Assembly (NCBI GenBank): GCA_963701285.1
Contig: OY969584.1
Coordinates: 1,979,877 to 2,043,876, forward strand
DNA from: an uncultured Chloroflexia bacterium
GTDB taxonomy: Bacteria; Chloroflexota; Dehalococcoidia; SM23-28-2
Direction: 5' to 3'
DNA: 64,000 nucleotides
The notes under the pieces are model-generated. The model was not told the DNA's origin and did not search any database. It saw only the letters and a list, made by a program, of their open reading frames with translations. The position numbers were made by a program, and so were the translations under genes. The number at the start of each line of letters is the position of its first letter. The stretch's first letter is position 1. Shown in pieces: positions 10,135 to 19,880 of this stretch.

Positions 10135-10301
10135 CCTCGCCCGCGACCCTTGATCTAGAGGACAGGCTGCCGGATGATTGTATTGGAGCCGCCGTGGGCC
10201 GGGCGAGCCCGGCGGCTTGTTGTCGCTTCTTCCTGTCGCGTGCCATGCTGCGGCAGCCCAGGGCCGCTAGCTCAATCGGAAGAGCAGCTGACTCTTAACC
10301 A
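10135..10301 (+). repeat. direct repeat copy A (167 bp, ~95% identical to 13566..13732): tRNA-Lys upstream region plus 5' half of tRNA-Lys
   Basis: Aligns base-for-base with 13566..13732 with about 8 mismatches. Homology stops exactly in the tRNA anticodon loop. The -10 element is TATACT in copy B and decayed to CATGCT here. Confidence 0.85.
10261..10298 (+). pseudogene. truncated tRNA-Lys (5' 38 nt through the anticodon loop only)
   Basis: GGGCCGCUAGCUCAAUCGGAAGAGCAGCUGACUCUUAA matches nt 1-38 of the intact tRNA-Lys at 13692, then diverges. Confidence 0.8.
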
Positions 10302-10483
10302 TCCCCGCCTCAACGCTGTGCATCACATAGCCCGATCCGTATCGAAAAGGGCACAATCATCCGCTATTCGGCGGCCAGGGGAATAGAGGATAACTGAGGC
10401 GGCGCCCTAGACCCTCGCCCTCTTCTTCAGGTACTCCAGCACGGCGATGTGGACGACGGCGGAGCGGGGAATCGTGAGCTCGT

Positions 10484-10816
10484 CTAGTAGTCTGGGTGAG
10501 GCCTCGGTTGTGGGAATCGGGCCGGATGGGCGGACAGCTCCCTTAACCATGGGACCATCTGGTCCGCGGCCACCTTCATTTCCGCGTCTATCCTCTTTAG
10601 TTCAGCCTGTTCCTCTGCTGTGATGATGGCGAAACGTAGCCCTTCGCCGGGGTTCCGGGACAGGCCACGATCCCGAATCTCAGCGTACTCCATGAGGAGT
10701 CCACGCCATCGCTCCAAGAGCGCGTCCAATTCTCGGTTGATTTTCTCGGTCTGCGCGTCCCACGCCTTCAATTCCTCGCCATCAATGGCCCACGCTGGCC
10801 TTTCGTCTTGGCGCAT
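10484..10816 (-). CDS. hypothetical protein (110 aa, predicted all-helical) inside the islet
   Basis: ORF only; no recognisable family. The 3' end overlaps an out-of-frame conserved RHH-like coding fragment (see findings). Confidence 0.35.
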   Translation of the reverse strand: MRQDERPAWAIDGEELKAWDAQTEKINRELDALLERWRGLLMEYAEIRDRGLSRNPGEGLRFAIITAEEQAELKRIDAEMKVAADQMVPWLRELSAHPARFPQPRPHPDY

Positions 10817-10870
10817 GTCGGTTCCTCTTAGACCTTCACCCTCTTCTTCTGTAGAGGAGGCGGGAGAGCT

Positions 10871-11203
10871 TCATGGCCTGCCCGTGCCTTTGGCCTGTAT
10901 GGCTTCTCGCAGATTGATGAGCGCCTTCCGCCAGGACACGATCTCCCTGTACTTGTCAACCGCGTTCCGAAGGTCTTGTTCTTCGCGCACCCAACGCCAC
11001 ATCGCTTCAACCCCAGAGCCGTACGGGGCACCCGCTGCCTCATAACGCCTCTTCAGCGCCTCATGGATTCTCATAGAGGCGGCGGCCACGGCATTTTGGA
11101 CAGGAGTCAGGGCCTTGCCCATGGCAGCCATCATATCTTCGATGGCCTTCTTCAAGGATGCCCACGACTCGGGATCACCGGCAGTTGGCTTCTGTGGCGT
11201 CAT
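10871..11203 (-). CDS. hypothetical protein (110 aa) inside the islet
   Basis: ORF only. ATG at 11203 lies 1 nt downstream of the stop of a short RHH-like coding fragment. Confidence 0.4.
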   Translation of the reverse strand: MTPQKPTAGDPESWASLKKAIEDMMAAMGKALTPVQNAVAAASMRIHEALKRRYEAAGAPYGSGVEAMWRWVREEQDLRNAVDKYREIVSWRKALINLREAIQAKGTGRP

Positions 11204-11394
11204 CTCAGGCCGTCCTCGGCTTCCTTCGAACGTACTCCACCACGGCGATGCGGATCACCGCACTGCGGGGGATGGTGAGTTGCTGCGCCAGTTGGCGCTA
11301 TTCTACCACGTGCAAGGCCCCATCTTCAGCCGCCGCGTATTGCCGCCTTCGAGACTTTCTGGGATGATACGGCCGCCGGCCTGGGGAAAGGGGC

Positions 11395-11535
11395 GATTCC
11401 CATGCGCGGTGGCGCCGCCAAGGCCGTCAGGAAAGCCGCCGAGGCCGCCAGGATAAGGGGCCGTCGAGGCCGCCAGGAGGGCCGCCGAGGCCGCCAGGAT
11501 GAGGGCCGTCGAGGCCGTCAGTAATAGGGCCGCCA
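11395..11535. repeat. GC-rich tandem repeat (~24-bp unit GGCCGYCGAGGCCGCCAGGAKRAG, ~5 copies)
   Basis: Seen directly: ...gccgccgaggccgccaggataagg ggccgtcgaggccgccaggagg gccgccgaggccgccaggatgagg gccgtcgaggccgtcagtaatagg... Confidence 0.6.
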
Positions 11536-11650
11536 TGTATGCCGAGGCCGCTAGGAAAGAAAGGGCCTAGCACGGCCGCTATGGCGTAGTTGTGCTCGCA
11601 TTCGTGGCCGTCGCCGCCTTCGCTGCGGGCGGCTGCTATGCCAGGAGGCG

Positions 11651-12106
11651 GTGGCTTACGTAGGGCCCAAGAAATCAAAGGAGGCTTTTGACGTGATGTA
11701 CAAGCATGAACCGCACCCGTATCTGCTGCGCCGCCAGCGCGGCGAAGTGCGACCGCCGAAGGTGCGCGACGAGCATATCGGGCTTAATGGGAAGATCGCG
11801 GTGGCACTGACGAACGGGGTGGGCACCATGTGGTGCGCGTACGTCTTCGCCATCGTGGCGCTGATCGCTTTGCCATTCGTTCATACCACACTCCAGCTGA
11901 TACAGTGGATCAGCCAGACGTTCATTCAGTTGGTGATGCTATCCGTGATCATGGTCGGTCAGAACGTCCAGGGCGGGGCAGCAGACAAGCGAGCTGAGCT
12001 AACCTATAACGATGCCGAAGCTGTCTTACACGAGTGCCTGGAGATACAGCGCCACCTGAAAGAGCAAGACAAAATGCTCGGCGGGTTGACTGCCAAGGCC
12101 AAATAG
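11651..12106 (+). CDS. DUF1003-family membrane protein
   Basis: ...IALPFVHTTLQLIQWISQTFIQLVMLSVIMVGQNVQGGAADKRAELTYNDAEAVLHE resembles the DUF1003 core (FDPYPFILLN...MSQNRQ...DR.RAE.DY.VN..AE). Start could be M1 or M16. Local GC is lower than the flanks. Confidence 0.55.
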   Translation: MAYVGPKKSKEAFDVMYKHEPHPYLLRRQRGEVRPPKVRDEHIGLNGKIAVALTNGVGTMWCAYVFAIVALIALPFVHTTLQLIQWISQTFIQLVMLSVIMVGQNVQGGAADKRAELTYNDAEAVLHECLEIQRHLKEQDKMLGGLTAKAK

Positions 12107-12219
12107 ACAGACCTCGTGTCGGAGGCGGTGGGGGGAGGTAGGGCCAAAAGCGTTGACGCCTTCGAGGCGGTCTGGCACGATGCGGGCGCTGGCCTGGCCG
12201 TAGCGATGGGGGTGCAACC

Positions 12220-12936
12220 ATGCGGAGACACTTACGGCTGGCATTGTTGGTCGCGGCGCTGGTGCTCGGTGGCGCCGCGTTCCTCTTCCTGTCCCGCACG
12301 TCCGCCCAGCAGGCGAGGGTTGTCCACCTAGCTCAGGGCTGGAACCTAGTCACGTGGACAGGCGCAAGCCAGTCCACTTCCGGAGCCCTGGCTGGTGTCG
12401 GCGATGCCGTGCAGGCTGTATACGGCTACAGTAACGATTCCCAGAGCTTCACGCGCTACATCTTCGGCATGCCAGAAATTTCCCCGCTGACTGATTTTGA
12501 GACAGAGGGTGCCTACTGGGTTCTGACCCTGCGAGCTACGGACTGGTCGGTGCCAAGCGCAGCCGAGTCTACCTGTCCTGCACCGACACCTTGTCCTAAT
12601 TGCCCTACGCCAAGCTTGCAGGGCGAACTGTGCACATCCTACAAAATGGGCATCGAGTTGAACACGATCTTCGTGGAGATCGCGGACGAAGGTCTATACG
12701 TGGGGCAGACGGCTGCCGAACTCCGTGCTGTTCTTCAGCAGGATCAGCAGAACTTCAACCAGTACTGCCAGGGCGTCACCCTGCTGCAACCCACGTTGGC
12801 GACGGCCGATTGTGCAATAGCTGCGAAGTGGGTAGGCATCGAAGACACGACGGTGCTCTATGCTCCAAGCGCCCAGGTTCAGGTCTGGGGGAATCAGTTC
12901 GACAGCATCGTTCACAAGTATTGCCTGGGCCAGTAG
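12220..12936 (+). CDS. hypothetical secreted/anchored Cys-containing protein (238 aa)
   Basis: N-terminal MRRHLRLALLVAALVLGGAAFLFL signal/anchor; no known domain. About 57% GC against 68-70% in the flanks. Confidence 0.5.
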   Translation: MRRHLRLALLVAALVLGGAAFLFLSRTSAQQARVVHLAQGWNLVTWTGASQSTSGALAGVGDAVQAVYGYSNDSQSFTRYIFGMPEISPLTDFETEGAYWVLTLRATDWSVPSAAESTCPAPTPCPNCPTPSLQGELCTSYKMGIELNTIFVEIADEGLYVGQTAAELRAVLQQDQQNFNQYCQGVTLLQPTLATADCAIAAKWVGIEDTTVLYAPSAQVQVWGNQFDSIVHKYCLGQ

Positions 12937-13163
12937 GGTGCCCGGTGGGTGGTCGCCCTCGCCGCAGGCGCCTGGCATGCCAGGAGGCGGCGGCTGCGCT
13001 AACGCGCGGCTGGCTGCTCGTCCTGACCCTTGCCAACCTCATTCTGACCAACGCCCTCGCGTGGTTCACCATCGCCCAGGGCTGGCCAACGCCATCGCGT
13101 GTGCCGGTTGCCCCGACCTCCAGCCCCTGCGCCAGCAAGGGCCAGCCGTCACCGGCGGAGACG

Positions 13164-13378
13164 CTATCCTTCTTCGTACTTGAACGAGAGCTTGATTCTC
13201 GCGCGGTAAAGGACCACCTTGTTCCCATCGACGGTCATGTCGAGCTTCTTGACCTCCGCGATCCGTAGATCGCGCAGCGTGCTGCTGGCGCGCTCGACCG
13301 CAGCGCGGGCTGCCGCTTCCCACGACTCCGTGCTGGTTCCCACGATTTCTATGATCTTGTAGACACTCTCTGCCATGG
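13164..13378 (-). CDS. dodecin-family flavin-binding protein (71 aa)
   Basis: MAESVYKIIEIVGTSTESWEAAARAAVERASSTLRDLRIAEVKKLDMTVDGNKVVLYRARIKLSFKYE matches the dodecin fold pattern. ATG at 13378 with AAGGAGGT 6 nt upstream. The track ORF is N-extended. Confidence 0.7.
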
Positions 13379-13565
13379 CTGACACCTCCTTGTGCTCTAC
13401 TCGGGTTGCCATCGTACCGCCGCCGCAGCGCTGTGGCAACTGCATGTACTCGTCCAGTACATGGGTGACACCAGGGAGGGTACGTCAGGAGGAGGTGAGG
13501 GAGCTAGGGCTGCTTAGCGCCCGCGTCTTGACCGCAAGGGCCGTCCCAGCCCAACCGTAAGACCA

Positions 13566-13732
13566 CCTCGCCCGCGACCCTTGATCTAGAGGACAGACTG
13601 CCGGATGATTGTATTGGAGCCGCCGCGGGCCGGGCGACCCCGGCGGTTTATTGTCGCTTCTTCCTGTCGCGTGCTATACTGCGGCAGCCCAGGGCCGCTA
13701 GCTCAATCGGAAGAGCAGCTGACTCTTAATCA
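13566..13732 (+). repeat. direct repeat copy B (167 bp), containing the intact promoter and 5' half of the functional tRNA-Lys
   Basis: Partner of 10135..10301. Carries TTGTCG-N18-TATACT 7 nt upstream of tRNA +1. Confidence 0.85.
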
Positions 13733-13767
13733 GCGGGTTCGGGGTTCGAGTCCCTGGCGGCCCACCA
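13692..13767 (+). tRNA. tRNA-Lys (anticodon CUU)
   Basis: Manual fold: acceptor GGGCCGC/GCGGCCC, anticodon stem GCUGA/UCAGC, loop CUCUUAA, T-arm CGGGG-UUCGAGU-CCCUG, discriminator A, CCA encoded. Confidence 0.9.
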
Positions 13768-13769
13768 CA

Positions 13770-13854
13770 GGGGAAGTGTCGGAATTGGCAGACGAGCATG
13801 ATTTAGGATCATGTGCCGGAAGGCGTGGGGGTTCGAGTCCCCCCTTCCCCACCA
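13770..13854 (+). tRNA. tRNA-Leu (anticodon UAG), class II with long variable arm
   Basis: Acceptor GGGGAAG/CUUCCCC, anticodon stem CAUGA/UCAUG, loop UUUAGGA, 13-nt variable arm, T-arm GGGGG-UUCGAGU-CCCCC, CCA encoded. Lies 2 nt after tRNA-Lys. Confidence 0.9.
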
Positions 13855-13882
13855 CTCCGGGCAACGGATCTGAGGAGAGCGC

Positions 13883-14890
13883 ATGGCAGCACCCCTGCTG
13901 CAGGTCAAAGACCTGAAGACATACTTCTTCACCGATGACGGCGTGGTGAAGGCGGTAGACGCCGTCAGTTACGACGTTCAGACGGGCGAGATCGTTGGTC
14001 TGGTGGGAGAGAGCGGCTGCGGCAAGACGGTCAGCGCCCTGTCGATCTTGCGACTGATCCCCAATCCCCCCGGCAAGATCATCGCCGGCGAGATCCTTTT
14101 CGAGGGCGAAGACCTCCTCAAGGCCGACGACCAGGAGATCCGCGACATCCGCGGCCACCGCATCGCCATGATCTTCCAGGAACCGATGACTTCCCTCAAT
14201 CCCGTACTCACCATCGGCCGCCAGATCACCGAGAGCCTGGAGCTGCACCTGAAGATGGACCGCGCCAGCGCCACGCGCCGCGCCATCGAGCTGCTGGGAA
14301 TGGTGGGCATCCCCGAGGCCAAAGCCCGGATCGGTGGCTACCCCCACCAGTTCTCAGGCGGCATGCGCCAGCGGGTGATGATCGCCATGGCTCTGTCCTG
14401 TAACCCCAAGCTCCTGCTGGCAGACGAGCCCACTACCGCCCTCGACGTTACCATCCAGGCCCAGATTCTGGAGCTCCTCACTGAGCTCACCCGCGAGCTG
14501 GGGACGGCGGTGATAATCATTACCCACAACCTGGGGGTCGTCGCGCGCTACGCCGACCGAGTCTATGTGATGTACGCCGGCAAGATAGTGGAGACGGCAC
14601 CCGCCCGCGAGCTGTACGGCAACCCCCGCCACCCTTACACGCTCGGCCTGCTCAAGTCGGTGCCCCGCCTCGACCAGGTGCGCAAGGACCGCCTGGAGCC
14701 CATCGAGGGCTTCCCCCCGGACCTCATCAACATGCCCGAGGGCTGCTCCTTCCGGCCGCGCTGCAAGTACGCAATGCCCCGCTGCGAGCGGGAGTCGCCG
14801 CCCCTCCTGGCGGTGTCCAGCATCCACCAGGCCGCTTGCTGGGAGTGGCAGCGCGTCGGCGAGGACGTCAAGTCGCGGGCCCCGGCCTGA
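13883..14890 (+). CDS. oligopeptide/dipeptide ABC transporter ATP-binding protein (OppD/DppD type)
   Basis: 335 aa; Walker A GESGCGKT, signature LSGGMRQR, Opp C-terminal extension. SD GAGGAGAG upstream. Confidence 0.9.
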   Translation: MAAPLLQVKDLKTYFFTDDGVVKAVDAVSYDVQTGEIVGLVGESGCGKTVSALSILRLIPNPPGKIIAGEILFEGEDLLKADDQEIRDIRGHRIAMIFQEPMTSLNPVLTIGRQITESLELHLKMDRASATRRAIELLGMVGIPEAKARIGGYPHQFSGGMRQRVMIAMALSCNPKLLLADEPTTALDVTIQAQILELLTELTRELGTAVIIITHNLGVVARYADRVYVMYAGKIVETAPARELYGNPRHPYTLGLLKSVPRLDQVRKDRLEPIEGFPPDLINMPEGCSFRPRCKYAMPRCERESPPLLAVSSIHQAACWEWQRVGEDVKSRAPA

Positions 14891-14901
14891 GGGGGCTGCT
14901 C

Positions 14902-15933
14902 ATGGCCATGCAGGACATCGCCGCCGCCGGCGCGGGCCGCCTCGACAACGTCCTCCTGGACGTGCGCGACCTCAAGATGTACTTCCCAGTAACCACAGGC
15001 ATCATCTTCCAGCGCAAGGTCGCCGACGTCAAAGCCGTCGACGGCGTCTCCTTCTCGATCCGCGAGGGAGAGACCCTGGGCCTGGTGGGGGAGAGCGGAT
15101 GCGGCAAGACTACCGTCGGTCGCTGCGTGCTGATGCTGTACCAGCCCACCGCCGGCGACATCATCTTCGAGGGGCAGTACCTCACCAAGCTAAAGGGCCG
15201 CGACATCCGCCGCATGCGCCGCCGCATGCAGATCATCTTCCAGGACCCCTATGCTTCCCTGAACCCGCGCATGACGGTGGGCAGCATCATCGGCGAGCCC
15301 ATCGTCATCCACGGCCTGGCCGCCAACCGGCGCGAGCGCAAGGAGAAGATTCAGGAGCTAATGCGCATCGTGGGGCTCAACCCCTACTACGCCAACCGCT
15401 ACCCGCACGAGTTCAGCGGCGGCCAGCGCCAGCGTATCGGCATCGCCCGCGCCCTGGCAGTGCAGCCTACCTTCATCGTCTGCGACGAGCCCATCTCGGC
15501 CCTGGACGTCTCCATTCAGGCCCAGATCATCAACCTGCTGGAGGAGCTTCAGCGGGAGTTCCACCTGACCTACCTGTTCATCGCTCACGACCTGTCGGTG
15601 GTGCGCCACATCAGCGACCGGGTAGCGGTGATGTACCTGGGCAAGATGATGGAGCTGGCCGACCGCCTGGAGCTGTACGAGAACCCCCTTCATCCCTACA
15701 CCAAGGCCCTGCTCTCGGCCATTCCCATCCCGGACCCGGTGGTGGAGGCCAAGCGCGAGCGCATCATCCTGGTCGGCGACGTGCCCAGCCCGATGCGGCC
15801 GCCGCCCGGCTGTGTCTTCCACACCCGCTGCCCCATTGCCAGCGAGGCCCATGGCTGCTACACCGTCGTCCCCGAATGGCGGAACCTGGGCGTCGGCGGC
15901 AAAGAGCACCGGGTGGCCTGCCACCGGGTGTAG
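14902..15933 (+). CDS. oligopeptide/dipeptide ABC transporter ATP-binding protein (OppF/DppF type)
   Basis: Walker [10 protein letters not shown], signature FSGGQRQR. Start set at ATG 14902, 11 nt after the oppD stop, with GAGGGGG upstream. The track ORF is N-extended through oppD. No permease or substrate-binding genes adjacent. Confidence 0.9.
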   Translation: MAMQDIAAAGAGRLDNVLLDVRDLKMYFPVTTGIIFQRKVADVKAVDGVSFSIREGETLGLVGESGCGKTTVGRCVLMLYQPTAGDIIFEGQYLTKLKGRDIRRMRRRMQIIFQDPYASLNPRMTVGSIIGEPIVIHGLAANRRERKEKIQELMRIVGLNPYYANRYPHEFSGGQRQRIGIARALAVQPTFIVCDEPISALDVSIQAQIINLLEELQREFHLTYLFIAHDLSVVRHISDRVAVMYLGKMMELADRLELYENPLHPYTKALLSAIPIPDPVVEAKRERIILVGDVPSPMRPPPGCVFHTRCPIASEAHGCYTVVPEWRNLGVGGKEHRVACHRV

Positions 15934-16071
15934 CCACCGTCTACCAACCTGCGGGATGAACCCCGCAGCACCGCCTCTCAGTACCGGAAAGCCGGGTACA
16001 AAGCGGATGGCGCATCTCCGCTCATGGCGAGCCCGTCGAACCAGGAGGGGTGTCGGAATCCCCCGTCCGCC

Positions 16072-16842
16072 TCAAACGGGCGTGTCGACCAGAAGGAGCT
16101 CGCTTGGTTCCTGCGCGCGGATACGGAGCAGGCCTTGCCCCAGGACCTTGGCCGCGTCGCCCGTGGTCAGCCGCTCGCCGTTCAGGTCGACGTCGCCGCG
16201 GATGAGGTAGAAGTAGCCGCCGCGTCCCGCGCGGAAATCGTGCTCCGCCGTAGCCCCGGCATCGAGCTGTGATACGTACATGCTCGCGTCCTGGTGCACG
16301 GTCACGCCGCTGCCTTCCCTGCCCTCGGGCCGCAGGATCTGGAGCAGCCGGTTGTGCCGGTCCTCCACGCTGAACTGTCGTTGCTCGACCGACGGCGGCA
16401 GGCCGCGACGGTCGGGCAGGATCCACATCTGGATGAACTGCATAGGCTCCGTCTTCGAGTGGTTCCGCTCGGAGTGCATAAGGCCGGAGCCGAGGGTCAC
16501 TCTCTGGACAGCGCCGGGGTAGAGGACGCCACCGTTGCCGGCGCTGTCGGCGTGCTCGAAGGTGCCTGCCACCACGTAGGTGATGCCCTCGATGTCGCGG
16601 TGGGGGTGCATCGGCCAGACCGCGCCGAGGGCCAGCGTGTCGTGGTTGAAGACGCGCAGCGTGCCGATGCCCATGTTCTCCGGGTCGTAGTACTGATCGA
16701 AGCTGAAGTGCCAGCGGGCCTGGAACCAGCCGCCGTCGGCCGAGAAGATCTCCCGGTCGCGGCGAACTCTGAACGGGGCCAGGCGAATCTCCGTGCCGGC
16801 CGCTGCTCTCTGTGACCTTGTCCGTCTAGTCTCCGTCGACAT
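16072..16842 (-). CDS. pirin-family (bicupin) protein
   Basis: 256 aa from ATG 16842 with GGGAGGTG 7 nt upstream. Cupin His motifs (HPHRDIEGITYVVAG; HSERNHS). The track ORF is N-extended by 59 codons. Confidence 0.8.
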   Translation of the reverse strand: MSTETRRTRSQRAAAGTEIRLAPFRVRRDREIFSADGGWFQARWHFSFDQYYDPENMGIGTLRVFNHDTLALGAVWPMHPHRDIEGITYVVAGTFEHADSAGNGGVLYPGAVQRVTLGSGLMHSERNHSKTEPMQFIQMWILPDRRGLPPSVEQRQFSVEDRHNRLLQILRPEGREGSGVTVHQDASMYVSQLDAGATAEHDFRAGRGGYFYLIRGDVDLNGERLTTGDAAKVLGQGLLRIRAQEPSELLLVDTPV

Positions 16843-16876
16843 CTCGCGCACCTCCCAATCCACGTTTTCGAAGGGT

Positions 16877-17467
16877 CTAGGCATCCCTCGCTCCGGTACT
16901 CTGTGTGTCAGGGCGCTGGTAGCGGAGGAGGACGACCCCGTTGCCGAAGGCCCGGGTCTCTGCGAGCTGCAGATTGATCCTGGCGTCTGATGCCTGGAAC
17001 AGGGGCTTGCCCCCTCCAATCACGACTGGGTGGACATAGAGCCGGTACTCGTCGATCAGGTCGCGTCGCATGAAGGCTGCGGCGATGTCGGCCCCGCCGA
17101 GCGCCAGGTCCCCGCCGGGCTGTGCCTTGAGCTCTATGATCTGGTCGGTGACGACGTCTCGGACGATAGTGGTGTTCCAGTCGGCTCGCTCTAGGGTCCT
17201 CGAGAACACGATTTTCGGCATGTCCCGCCAGATGCGGGCGAACTCGACCATGGGCGCGGTGCTGGAGGGGTTCGTGTCGGCTGTCGGCCAAAATCCGGCC
17301 ATCAGTTCATAGGTGACACGCCCGTTCAGGAAGGCGCCCATCGCGCTGAGCTCTTCGTTGAAGTGGCGGTGCAGTTCATCATCGACCATGTGCCAATCGA
17401 TCTCACGGTTCGGGCCCTCGATGAAACCATCAAGGGACACCGACATCCATAAGATGACCTTTCTCAT
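16877..17467 (-). CDS. dihydrofolate reductase-like / RibD C-terminal domain family protein
   Basis: [26 protein letters not shown]... with [34 protein letters not shown]; typical RibD_C reductase. Confidence 0.75.
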   Translation of the reverse strand: MRKVILWMSVSLDGFIEGPNREIDWHMVDDELHRHFNEELSAMGAFLNGRVTYELMAGFWPTADTNPSSTAPMVEFARIWRDMPKIVFSRTLERADWNTTIVRDVVTDQIIELKAQPGGDLALGGADIAAAFMRRDLIDEYRLYVHPVVIGGGKPLFQASDARINLQLAETRAFGNGVVLLRYQRPDTQSTGARDA

Positions 17468-17635
17468 CGGGCTTCCTCCAAAGTCGTTCAGGTTGGCGCG
17501 CCGCGTCGTGAAGATCGGCCTCCGCTCCGCGTCCGCGGTTGCCTAGAGTTGTTACGTGTGGCGAGGGGGAGCGGATTGATCGGCCGAGGCGCCTTCGTTG
17601 AGCCCTCGATCCCCCCATGCTACGATACCCCTGCC

Positions 17636-19459
17636 ATGGACCAGGCCCGCATCCGCAACTTCTGCATCATCGCCCACATCGACCACGGCAAGTCCACCCT
17701 GGCCGACCGCATGCTGGAGATCACCGGCACCATCCCGCTGCGCGAGATGGCGGAGCAGGTCCTCGACCAGATGGACCTGGAGCGCGAGCGCGGCATCACT
17801 ATCAAGGCCACGGCCGTCCGCATGCTCTATCGCGCCCTGGACGGCCAGGAGTACGAGCTCAACCTCATCGACACCCCCGGCCACGTCGACTTCACCTACG
17901 AGGTCTCGCGCTCCCTGAACGCCGCCGAGGGCGCTATCCTGGTCGTGGACGCCTCCCAGGGGATCCAGGCCCAGACCCTGGCCAACGTCTACATGGCCCT
18001 CGAGCACGACCTGACGATCGTCCCGGTGGCCAACAAGATCGACCTGCCCAACGCCGAGCCCGCCCGCGTCGCCCGCGAGATGGCCTCCGTCCTGGGGTTC
18101 AGCGAGGGCGAGGTGCTGTTCACGTCGGCCAAGGAGGGCACCGGCGTCCGCGAGGTGCTGGAGGCGGTGGTGGCCCGCATCCCAGCGCCGAGCGGCCGCC
18201 CCGAGGCGCCCCTGCGCGCCCTCATCTTCGACTCCAAGTACGATTCCTACAAGGGCGTCATCGCCTACGTGCGGGTGGTGGACGGCGAGCTGTCGCCGCG
18301 ACGGGCCCTGCGCCTCATCTCCACCCAGCGAGCGCTGGAGCCCCTGGAGGTGGGCGTCTTCCGGCCGGCCTTCGCCCCCAGCGACGGCCTCGTCACCGGC
18401 GAGGTGGGCTACGTGGCCACCGGCCTCAAGACGGTGCGCGACTGCCGGGTGGGCGATACCATCACCCACGACGACGCGCCCGCCGCGGAGCCGCTGCCCG
18501 GCTACCGGCCGGCCAAGCCCATGGTCTTCGCTGGCCTCTATCCGGCCAACGCCGAGGAGTTCGCCCTCTTGCGCGACGCCCTCGAGAAGCTGCGCCTGAA
18601 CGACGCCTCCCTCCACTACGAGCCGGAGTCCAGCGTCGCCCTGGGGCCCGGCTTCCGCTGCGGCTTCCTCGGCCTCCTCCACCTCGACATCGTCCAGGAG
18701 CGTCTGGAGCGCGAATACGACCTCGACATCCTGATGACGGCTCCCAGCGTGGAGTACCGCGTGGTCAAGGCCGACGGCGAGGAGGTCTTGGTGGACAATC
18801 CGGCCGATCTGCCGCGGCCGGAGGAGATCCTGGAAGTCTTCGAGCCCTGGATGAACGTCAGCATCATCGCCCCTGACCGCTACATCGGGCCGCTGATGGA
18901 GCTGGTGACGGGCCGTCGCGGCGAGTTCCGGCGGATGGAGTACCTGGAGCACGGCGCCGTCGAGGGGCACACCGGCCGCCGCGTGCTGTTGGAGTACCGC
19001 ATGCCCCTATCGGAGATGCTGCTGGACTTCTACGACCAGCTCAAGGCCCGCAGCCAGGGCTACGCCAGCATGGACTACACCTTCGCCACCGATGCGCCGG
19101 CCAAGATGGTGAAGCTGGACATCCTGGTGAACAACCAGCCCGTGGACGCCCTCTCGGCCATCGTCCACACGGAGAACGCCCAGCGTCAGGGGCGGGCGCT
19201 GGTGGAGCGCCTGCGCCGCCTCATCCCGCGCCAGATGTTCGAGGTGCCGATCCAGGCGGCGATCGGCGGGCGGGTCATCGCCCGCGAGACCATCAAGCCG
19301 ATCCGGAAGAACGTGATCGCGAAGTGCTACGGCGGCGACGTGACCCGCAAGATGAAGCTGCTGGAGAAGCAGAAGGCGGGCAAGAAGCGCATGAAGCGGG
19401 TGGGCAACGTGGACATCCCCCAGGAAGCCTTTATGGCGGTGCTGCGGCTGGAGAAGTAG
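17636..19459 (+). CDS. lepA: elongation factor 4 (LepA)
   Basis: 607 aa from ATG 17636 ([25 protein letters not shown]...). GTPase G1-G5 and the LepA C-terminal domain. Confidence 0.95.
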   Translation: MDQARIRNFCIIAHIDHGKSTLADRMLEITGTIPLREMAEQVLDQMDLERERGITIKATAVRMLYRALDGQEYELNLIDTPGHVDFTYEVSRSLNAAEGAILVVDASQGIQAQTLANVYMALEHDLTIVPVANKIDLPNAEPARVAREMASVLGFSEGEVLFTSAKEGTGVREVLEAVVARIPAPSGRPEAPLRALIFDSKYDSYKGVIAYVRVVDGELSPRRALRLISTQRALEPLEVGVFRPAFAPSDGLVTGEVGYVATGLKTVRDCRVGDTITHDDAPAAEPLPGYRPAKPMVFAGLYPANAEEFALLRDALEKLRLNDASLHYEPESSVALGPGFRCGFLGLLHLDIVQERLEREYDLDILMTAPSVEYRVVKADGEEVLVDNPADLPRPEEILEVFEPWMNVSIIAPDRYIGPLMELVTGRRGEFRRMEYLEHGAVEGHTGRRVLLEYRMPLSEMLLDFYDQLKARSQGYASMDYTFATDAPAKMVKLDILVNNQPVDALSAIVHTENAQRQGRALVERLRRLIPRQMFEVPIQAAIGGRVIARETIKPIRKNVIAKCYGGDVTRKMKLLEKQKAGKKRMKRVGNVDIPQEAFMAVLRLEK

Positions 19460-19474
19460 GGATGGGGATGGGTT

Positions 19475-19783
19475 TCACGAGCCGAGGAAGCGCATGAGCA
19501 GGATGCTGCCCAACTGGGCGGCCAGCACAAAGAGCCCGGCGACAACCACCTGCCACCAGCTTAGGACAAGGGCTCGCCTTTCCCGTTTCCGCGCGTAGAC
19601 CTCGTCCTCAACGCGGTTGACCCGCGCTTGCACTTGGTCGACCCTCTCTCTTAACCGACCCCACTCTTCGCCGGTGTCGAAAAGATCAGATCGCGGTGAG
19701 GTATCCCACCTCCGCCCCGACCGCGTAGGCGGCACGCGCCGACCTGTCGCGGCGGAAACTGGGTCTCTTCTAACGGCAGCCAT
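19475..19783 (-). CDS. hypothetical small protein with coiled-coil and C-terminal TM helix (102 aa)
   Basis: ORF only; weak RBS. Competes with an overlapping plus-strand ORF 19617..19928. Confidence 0.3.
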   Translation of the reverse strand: MAAVRRDPVSAATGRRVPPTRSGRRWDTSPRSDLFDTGEEWGRLRERVDQVQARVNRVEDEVYARKRERRALVLSWWQVVVAGLFVLAAQLGSILLMRFLGS

Positions 19784-19880
19784 GGCTCATGTGTCCCAAC
19801 TACCTCTACTCTACGTGCAAGCGCGCTTACCACGTCAAGCCACTTTTCCCCGAATAGCCACGAATAATCCAGCAGTTACG

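Noticed and set aside
11395-11535. Possible CRISPR array
   Set aside because: The repeats are contiguous 24-bp units without unique spacers, and there are no cas genes. It is a simple GC-rich tandem repeat.
12600-13268. 222-aa plus-strand ORF overlapping the secreted-protein gene and extending to the dodecin region
   Set aside because: It is an alternative-frame overlap of the better-supported 12220..12936 gene. The remainder is low-complexity Arg/Pro-rich and convergent with dodecin.
10135-13767. Intact integrated prophage/ICE at tRNA-Lys
   Set aside because: There is no integrase, recombinase, excisionase or phage structural gene between the repeats. The repeats have diverged (~5%) and copy A has a decayed promoter, so at most this is a remnant.
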